IMG/VR virus record: IMGVR_UViG_2663763286_000004
Location: 1 to 11,464 of that record
Length of the DNA: 11,464 nucleotides
From: a virus
Taxonomy: Duplodnaviria; Heunggongvirae; Uroviricota; Caudoviricetes
Strand: one strand, 5' to 3'
Shown here: positions 6,256 to 11,464 of the stretch, one piece after another
Position numbering within the stretch: position 1 is the stretch's first letter
Layout of the letters: each line of letters starts with the position of its first letter
Translations under genes and position numbers: made by a program
The notes under the pieces: model-generated
What the model was told of the DNA's origin: nothing
The model's database searches: none
The model's input: only the letters and a program-made list of their open reading frames with translations

Positions 6256-7299
6256 GTGAAAGCCGTAATTACTCCCTTTGTACAAAAAGAGCTTGGCGTC
6301 GCCACATTCAAAGTGGATCAGGAAGTCAGAAAGCTGGTGGAGGCTGGCCGTAAATTTATTATGGAGCCGGTGCCGCGTGAGTTAATCGAGCACATGGACG
6401 ACGGCCTCGTTGTTTCCGAGCAAACTATGGCAACAAATGAGGCGTTGCAGCCGTTTTTTAACAGCGATGAACTGTTTCGCCGTATTGGTGGAATTGACTC
6501 GCTGGTGGCGTGGTTGCGCAGGAAAGAGGGGCAATGCCAGGCCGCAGATCGTAGCTGGTGTGACAACCATATTGTCTACGCTGAACGAGACAATAGCGCG
6601 GTGTTGTTGTGCTGGCATCACGATAACCATTACCGGATGCGTGGTTTTAATGAGCTGAAAGAAACGCTGCATAATAATCGCGTTAACTGGATACTGGATG
6701 TCGCCCGTCAGGAAATGGGGCTTTCAGATGGCCATGATTTAAGTATTCAGGAACTGTGCTGGTGGGCTTTCATGCGCAACATGATGCACCTGATGCCGGA
6801 AGAAGTTTGCCGTATATCAATAAATAAGATGAAAGCCGCAACGCAGGATAGCGGACCTCTGAAAGAGGCGGATATTCGCCCGTATGACGATCGCGCTACA
6901 GCATATGTTCAGATGATGGAAGAACGCGCCGCGCCGATGCGTGCAAAAGTATGCCCTGTGGATGTTGACTCCGACCCTGGCATGGCGCATTTCAAAATAC
7001 CAAAACTGCAATCGCTAAAATTACCTGAGTACATGGACTTTGTTGCTTCCCGTCCATGCTGTGGGTGTGGAGCGGCGGGAGCTGGCGCTCACATTACGCC
7101 TTATATCGTTCGTCATAGTCGATTATGCGCGCATGACATTTACGCAATTCCTCTGTGCCAGTCATGCCAGCGTGATATTGAGCGTGACCGCGATAATTGG
7201 GAGAAGACGCACGGCAGGCTGGCGATGCATCAACGATTGTTCTTTGATTACGCGCTTGGAGTCGGCGCTATCACAAGTCACTCGTCGAGCGTTAGATAA
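6256..7299 (+). CDS. Post-doc region protein (347 aa), Cys/His-rich with possible zinc-binding C-terminal motif
   Basis: GTG start with AAAGGTG upstream; C-terminal CCGCG ... [28 protein letters not shown] cluster; synteny with P1 pdc gene between doc and lpa. Confidence 0.55.
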   Translation: MKAVITPFVQKELGVATFKVDQEVRKLVEAGRKFIMEPVPRELIEHMDDGLVVSEQTMATNEALQPFFNSDELFRRIGGIDSLVAWLRRKEGQCQAADRSWCDNHIVYAERDNSAVLLCWHHDNHYRMRGFNELKETLHNNRVNWILDVARQEMGLSDGHDLSIQELCWWAFMRNMMHLMPEEVCRISINKMKAATQDSGPLKEADIRPYDDRATAYVQMMEERAAPMRAKVCPVDVDSDPGMAHFKIPKLQSLKLPEYMDFVASRPCCGCGAAGAGAHITPYIVRHSRLCAHDIYAIPLCQSCQRDIERDRDNWEKTHGRLAMHQRLFFDYALGVGAITSHSSSVR

Positions 7300-7300
7300 A

Positions 7301-7317
7301 ATTGCTCTAATGTATTG
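7301..7317 (+). promoter_or_regulatory. C1-repressor-type operator overlapping the -35 of the lpa promoter
   Basis: ATTGCTCTAATGTATTG matches the P1 C1 operator consensus ATTGCTCTAATAAATTT at 14/17; putative promoter TTGCTA(7315-7320)-N16-TATTAT(7337-7342). Confidence 0.55.
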
Positions 7318-7387
7318 CTATTTCTTTAATCGAGGGTATTATATTCGTCGTTGATTAGTTGACATGGGCTAATCAGTAGGTGACAGG

Positions 7388-7840
7388 ATGTTACTTAACT
7401 GGCAGGGACGCCACTTCATGGAAATAAATCACTCACGAATTACATCGTATGAGATTGCGGATTACATGATCCGCACTAAATCTCTTCTATCAGCGAAAGA
7501 ACTCGCAGCAATCCTTGAAAAGGAATACCCGCATCTGGATGTCGATAAGCGCGATGTTTATCTGCGCTTAAAGGCTATCGCTGTGTCTAAGTATTCGTCT
7601 GTTTTGATTGATGACAGTACACGCCCACGTAGATTTCAGATCCACTCTCTGAATCCTGAATTCTTTCGCCGTAGCCGCGCTCCGCGCCGGTTTGATGAAA
7701 AACTCCAGAACGAACTCTATATGACGCAGGACGAAAAGGAACGCCGGGAGCACCAGCCTTGGGTAATGGCGCGTCAACTTTTCAATAAGGTGGCCCGTCA
7801 GCACCGTCATTACGGTAATGCCACATCCGCACGTATCTGA
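7388..7840 (+). CDS. lpa: Lpa, late promoter activator (150 aa; alternative start ATG 7418)
   Basis: Position between the pdc genes and pacA, C1-operator-controlled promoter upstream and small basic protein, all as in P1; sequence not independently verified. Confidence 0.7.
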   Translation: MLLNWQGRHFMEINHSRITSYEIADYMIRTKSLLSAKELAAILEKEYPHLDVDKRDVYLRLKAIAVSKYSSVLIDDSTRPRRFQIHSLNPEFFRRSRAPRRFDEKLQNELYMTQDEKERREHQPWVMARQLFNKVARQHRHYGNATSARI

Positions 7841-7850
7841 TTGATTGCTT

Positions 7851-7868
7851 GCCCGTTCCGGGCCTTTT
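7851..7868 (+). terminator. Short hairpin GCCCG-TTC-CGGGC followed by CTTTT, 10 nt after lpa stop
   Basis: 5-bp GC stem plus T-run; weak intrinsic terminator or attenuator ahead of the pacA promoter region. Confidence 0.35.
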
Positions 7869-7925
7869 GACATGTGACTTTCGTTACCCTCGCGTCAAAA
7901 AGAGTTTTTACGAAGGGAAGCATAA

Positions 7926-9119
7926 GTGACCTGGGACGATCACAAGAAGAATTTTGCTCGCCTGGCGCGAGATGGTGGTTACACCATCGCACAGTATGCC
8001 GCCGAGTTTAATCTTAACCCTAATACTGCACGTCGTTATCTCCGTGCCTTCAAAGAAGACACCAGGACAGCGGACAGCCGCAAGCCAAATAAGCCAGTCA
8101 GGAAGCCACTAAAAAGCATGATCATTGATCACTCTAATGATCAACATGCAGGTGATCACATTGCGGCTGAAATAGCGGAAAAACAAAGGGTTAATGCCGT
8201 TGTCAGTGCCGCAGTCGAGAATGCGAAGCGCCAAAATAAGCGCATAAATGATCGTTCTGATGATCATGACGTGATCACCCGCGCCCACCGGACCTTACGT
8301 GATCGCCTGGAACGCGACACCCTGGATGATGATGGTGAACGCTTTGAATTCGAAGCTGGCGATTACCTGATAGATAACGTTGAAGCGCGGAAGGCCGCGC
8401 GCGCTATGTTGCGTCGGTCCGGGGCCGATGTTCTGGAAACCACTATTCTGGAAAAGTCTCTTTCTCATCTCCTTATGCTGGAGAACGCCAGGGATACGTG
8501 TATTCGTCTGGTGCAGGAAATGCGCGATCAGCAAAAAGACGATGATGAAGGGACTCCGCCTGAATATCGTATCGCGAGCATGCTAAACAGCTGTTCCGCG
8601 CAGATAAGCAGCCTGATCAACACCATTTACAGCATCCGGAATAACTATCGAAAAGAAAGCCGGGAGGCGGAAAAGCACGCTTTATCTATGGGGCAAGCTG
8701 GCATTGTTAAGCTGGCATACGAACGAAAGCGTGAAAATAACTGGTCAGTGCTGGAAGCAGCTGAATTCATCGAGGCGCATGGCGGAAAAGTGCCGCCCCT
8801 GATGCTGGAGCAAATCAAAGCCGATCTGCGTGCTCCTAAGACCAATACCGATGATGAGGAAAGGCAAACAGCCGTCGGTGGCCCTTCTCTTGAAGATCTG
8901 GACAAAGTTGCGCGAGAACGGGCCGCCAACCGCCGCGCCGATGCCGCATTGTGGATTGAGCAGCGTAGGGAAGAAATCGCCGATATCGTTGATACAGGCG
9001 GTTATGGAGATGTTGATACTGAAGGTGTATCAAACGACCCATGGCTGGAACAAGACCTGGACGAAGACGAGGAGGAAGACGAAGAAGTTACCCGCAAGCT
9101 ATACGGGGATGATGATTAA
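7926..9119 (+). CDS. pacA: PacA, small terminase/pac-recognition subunit (397 aa)
   Basis: GTG start with GAAGGGAAG RBS; contains the pac hexamer array within its coding sequence; acidic C-terminus (DEDEEEDEE); size matches P1 PacA. Confidence 0.9.
   Translation: MTWDDHKKNFARLARDGGYTIAQYAAEFNLNPNTARRYLRAFKEDTRTADSRKPNKPVRKPLKSMIIDHSNDQHAGDHIAAEIAEKQRVNAVVSAAVENAKRQNKRINDRSDDHDVITRAHRTLRDRLERDTLDDDGERFEFEAGDYLIDNVEARKAARAMLRRSGADVLETTILEKSLSHLLMLENARDTCIRLVQEMRDQQKDDDEGTPPEYRIASMLNSCSAQISSLINTIYSIRNNYRKESREAEKHALSMGQAGIVKLAYERKRENNWSVLEAAEFIEAHGGKVPPLMLEQIKADLRAPKTNTDDEERQTAVGGPSLEDLDKVARERAANRRADAALWIEQRREEIADIVDTGGYGDVDTEGVSNDPWLEQDLDEDEEEDEEVTRKLYGDDD
8119..8277 (+). other. pac packaging site: seven TGATCA/G hexamers (four at 8119-8158, three at 8249-8277), each carrying a Dam GATC site, flanking a central cleavage region
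   Basis: TGATCA at 8119, 8126, 8138, 8153; TGATCG at 8249; TGATCA at 8261, 8272. Span 159 bp, the 4+3 arrangement described for the P1 pac site. Confidence 0.85.
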
Positions 9120-10612
9120 TGGCCAGAAGTTGCGTAACGGATCCACGTTGGCGCGAGCTGGGGGCGCTATATCGTTATGACTGGATTGCTGCCGCTGATG
9201 TTTTGTTCGGCAAAACACCTACCTGGCAGCAGGATCTGATTATTGAGTCTGTGCAGGAACAGGGTAGCAAGACATCTGTTTCGTCTGGTCACGGTACCGG
9301 GAAATCAGACATGACTTCTATCATGATCATGTTGTTCATAATCATGTATCCCGGTGCCCGCGCCATTATCGTTGCGAACAAAATTCAGCAGGTAATGACC
9401 GGTATATTCAAGTACATCAAGATAAACTGGGCTACTGCCACCAGCCGTTTTCCATGGCTTGCTGATTATTTTGTTCTGACAGAAACCGCTTTCTATGAGG
9501 TTACTGGTAAAGGTGTATGGACTGTAGTACCGAAGGGCTTTCGTCTGGGAAGTGAAGAAGCTCTCGCCGGTGAACACGCAGATCATCTTCTGTATATTAT
9601 CGATGAAGCCTCCGGTTTCAGTGATAGAGCTTTCGGTATCATCACTGGTGCTCTTACCGGACAGGATAACCGCATCTTATTACTGTCACAGCCTACACGC
9701 CCAAGCGGCTATTTCTACGATACTCACCATAAACTGGCCAAGCGTCCTGGTAACCCTGATGGCGTTTATACGGCGATCACGCTTAACAGTGAGGAATCAC
9801 CGCTGGTAACGCCAGCATTTATCAAAATGAAGCTGGCGGAGTACGGCGGGCGTGATAACCCTATGTACATGATTAAGGTACGCGGACTATTCCCTAAATC
9901 ACAGGATGGCTTCCTTCTTGGACGTGATGAGGTTGAACGTGCGACGCGGCGGAAAGTCAAGATTGCCAAAGGATGGGGCTGGCTTGCATGTGTGGACGTT
10001 GCTGGTGGTACGGGACGGGATAAGTCCGTTATCAATATCATGATGGTGTCCGGCCAGAGAAATAAACGCCGTGTAATCAACTATCGAATGCTGGAATACA
10101 CAGACGTTACAGAAACGCAGCTTGCCGCCAAAATTTTCGCAGAATGTAATCCTGAGCGATTCCCAAATATCACCATAGCGATAGACGGCGATGGGCTGGG
10201 TAAAGCAACGGCGGATCTGATGTACGAGTATTATGGTATTACCGTACAGCGTATACGCTGGGGTAAAAAGATGCATAGCCGTGAAGATAAGAGCCTGTAC
10301 TTTGATAAGCGTGCTTATGCCAACGTTCAAGCCGCAGAGGCCGTAAAATCTGGTCGTATGAGACTGGATAAGGGTAATGAAACTATTGAGGAAGCGTCGA
10401 AAATCCCTGTAGGGATTAACTCCGCAGGTCAATGGAAGGTGATGAGTAAGGAGGATATGAAGAAAAAACTCAACCTGCACTCACCAGACCATTGGGATAC
10501 ATATTGTTTCGCTATGCTGGCGGATTATGTTCCCCAGGATGAAGTGCTTAGCGTCGAAGACGAAGCGCAGGTTGATGAAGCTCTGGCATGGCTTAATGAA
10601 TGTTTGCTCTAA
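9119..10612 (+). CDS. pacB: PacB, large terminase subunit (497 aa)
   Basis: Walker A SGHGTGKS and Walker B-like [10 protein letters not shown]; 1-nt overlap with pacA stop (TAATG). Confidence 0.9.
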   Translation: MARSCVTDPRWRELGALYRYDWIAAADVLFGKTPTWQQDLIIESVQEQGSKTSVSSGHGTGKSDMTSIMIMLFIIMYPGARAIIVANKIQQVMTGIFKYIKINWATATSRFPWLADYFVLTETAFYEVTGKGVWTVVPKGFRLGSEEALAGEHADHLLYIIDEASGFSDRAFGIITGALTGQDNRILLLSQPTRPSGYFYDTHHKLAKRPGNPDGVYTAITLNSEESPLVTPAFIKMKLAEYGGRDNPMYMIKVRGLFPKSQDGFLLGRDEVERATRRKVKIAKGWGWLACVDVAGGTGRDKSVINIMMVSGQRNKRRVINYRMLEYTDVTETQLAAKIFAECNPERFPNITIAIDGDGLGKATADLMYEYYGITVQRIRWGKKMHSREDKSLYFDKRAYANVQAAEAVKSGRMRLDKGNETIEEASKIPVGINSAGQWKVMSKEDMKKKLNLHSPDHWDTYCFAMLADYVPQDEVLSVEDEAQVDEALAWLNECLL

Positions 10613-10750
10613 TAAATTGTGTTTTTTAATTACCGATGTTACATTGAACCTGACCTCTTGCGCCTTGAGGCATTTTCGGTTTATGCTTATCAGGCACCTC
10701 ATTAAAACGGGTGCCGGGATTGGCCTCCCGCTTAAGTCTAAGGCGATACA

Positions 10751-10772
10751 GACGCCGCTCGCGTCTTTTTTT
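10751..10772 (+). terminator. Intrinsic terminator-like hairpin GACGC-CGCTC-GCGTC followed by T7
   Basis: 5-6 bp GC-rich stem and seven consecutive T; lies 140 nt after pacB stop and just upstream of the c4-like RNA. Confidence 0.45.
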
Positions 10773-10800
10773 GTATCGGCGTACACGCACACCTCTACAA

Positions 10801-10880
10801 TGGTGGGCTGTATGGGGCTACCTTCGGGTAGGCTGGTTACCTTGGACGCCAGTAAGGCCAACTCCGTACAGTCCACCGCC
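10801..10880 (+). ncRNA. c4: c4-like antisense repressor RNA (immI type), tRNA-like fold
   Basis: 11-bp closing stem 10802-10812/10867-10877, internal hairpin CTACC-TTCG-GGTAG and CTGG/CCAG stem; loop CCUUGGACG and downstream AGGCCAA are complementary to two sites in the flanking sequence, one covering the icd SD. Exact ends uncertain. Confidence 0.6.
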
Positions 10881-10937
10881 AGCAAGATTGGTCTCTTCTG
10901 CGGTGGTTACATACCAACGTCTAAGGAGGCTGCCAAT

Positions 10938-11159
10938 ATGGCTACTATCCCTACCCCAACTCATCCTGAATTTATCTGGCGCTTTTACTCCTGCCAAAAA
11001 CGTCACTATCACTTCGTTATTGCACCGACAGAAGATGAGGCCCGCTCTCAGCTTCCTGACGCCCCATGTATTTTCTCTGCTCGCTTTTCTACCGATTTGC
11101 GCAATTCTCTCAGTTACTGGAGCCTCCCTGTTAACGCTTCTGCTCAGGAGGGGTTATGA
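10938..11159 (+). CDS. icd: Icd-like host cell division inhibitor (73 aa)
   Basis: Strong SD TAAGGAGG 8 nt upstream; MATIPTPTHPEFIW... resembles Icd-like proteins as recalled; stop overlaps ant start (ATGA), as in the P1 icd-ant arrangement. Confidence 0.55.
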   Translation: MATIPTPTHPEFIWRFYSCQKRHYHFVIAPTEDEARSQLPDAPCIFSARFSTDLRNSLSYWSLPVNASAQEGL

Positions 11160-11464
11160 GAACGTCATTAGTCACCCGTGAAGAGATGATCGAGGCAATT
11201 GAACAGCACACTGCCTGTATCAGTACCAGGGATATACCGGGCGTTATTGCCAACTACTTCATGATCACCAAACAACTTTACCGGAGAAAGGACAAGAACG
11301 CGGTTCACCGTATCCTGTTGTCTGATATCCGCGAATACCTGCTCGAACAGGGTCATCTGAATTACGCAACCGTCGCAGCCGAAGCACGCAAGGAGGCACA
11401 CAGAATGAAAGCAACTAACGTTAAATCAGAAAAAATTCATGCACCTTCAGTTCAGGAATCGGAG
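11156..11464 (+). CDS. ant: Antirepressor Ant (Ant1-type), 5' part only, running off the window; internal in-frame start at 11405 with its own strong SD (Ant2-type)
   Basis: SD AGGAGG before ATG 11156; open frame to the window end (103 codons); second SD AAGGAGG 8 nt before in-frame ATG 11405, matching the nested ant1/ant2 organisation of P1 immI. No sequence identity verified. Confidence 0.5.
   Translation, partial: MRTSLVTREEMIEAIEQHTACISTRDIPGVIANYFMITKQLYRRKDKNAVHRILLSDIREYLLEQGHLNYATVAAEARKEAHRMKATNVKSEKIHAPSVQESE

Noticed and set aside
7869-7925. Lpa-dependent late promoter upstream of pacA
   Set aside because: Expected by synteny with P1, but I cannot recall the late-promoter consensus well enough to place it; the near-palindrome TGACATGTGAC at 7867-7877 is only suggestive.
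9899-10480. 193-aa minus-strand ORF (also 9766-10080 and 9305-9586) inside pacB
   Set aside because: Antisense to a terminase gene with Walker motifs; no independent support.
10771-10801. Sigma-70 promoter TTGTAT ... TACAAT for the c4-like RNA
   Set aside because: Hexamers are good but the spacer is 19 bp, outside the usual 16-18; the RNA 5' end may instead come from processing of a longer transcript. Left as unconfirmed.
10801-10880. Possible tRNA gene
   Set aside because: The fold has a long closing stem but no T-loop GTTCRA motif or anticodon arm; complementarity to the icd RBS fits an antisense c4-type RNA instead.
10527-11181. 210-aa and 156-aa + strand ORFs, and the 134-aa minus-strand ORF at 10481-10885, covering the pacB-icd intergenic region
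   Set aside because: They cross a terminator-like hairpin and the structured c4-like RNA. Only the last 73 codons of the 210-aa frame (from ATG 10938, with a strong SD) look like a real gene.
1-11464. CRISPR arrays or other regularly spaced direct repeats
   Set aside because: No repeat-spacer periodicity seen. The only repeated motifs are the pac hexamers, the duplicated phd operator core and the duplicated 5' ends of the two small basic ORFs.

Overview
This window reads as a P1-type phage or phage-plasmid segment. The right two-thirds is a recognisable P1-like backbone, all on the + strand: an SOS box plus humD (a pre-processed UmuD' homologue), the phd/doc addiction module with its palindromic operator, two post-doc genes, lpa behind a C1-operator-like site, pacA containing the 4+3 TGATCA hexamer pac site, pacB, then an immI-type module (c4-like antisense RNA, icd-like gene, start of ant with a nested in-frame start). 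The left 4.5 kb (382-4859) is a tightly packed same-strand block of about 15 small genes of mostly unknown function. None of them matches any P1 protein I can recall. It includes two Ead/Ea22-like proteins, a PD-(D/E)xK nuclease-fold protein, a strongly acidic small protein, tandem paralogous small basic proteins and an AT-rich cassette encoding small membrane proteins. An IS3-family element (IS629/IS3411-like) truncates the first gene at the left edge. The best candidates for an undescribed system are the AT-rich membrane cassette (2794-3646) and the nuclease operon (1621-2793), but neither has an assignable function from sequence alone. All family assignments are from recalled sequence and motifs, not from a database search.
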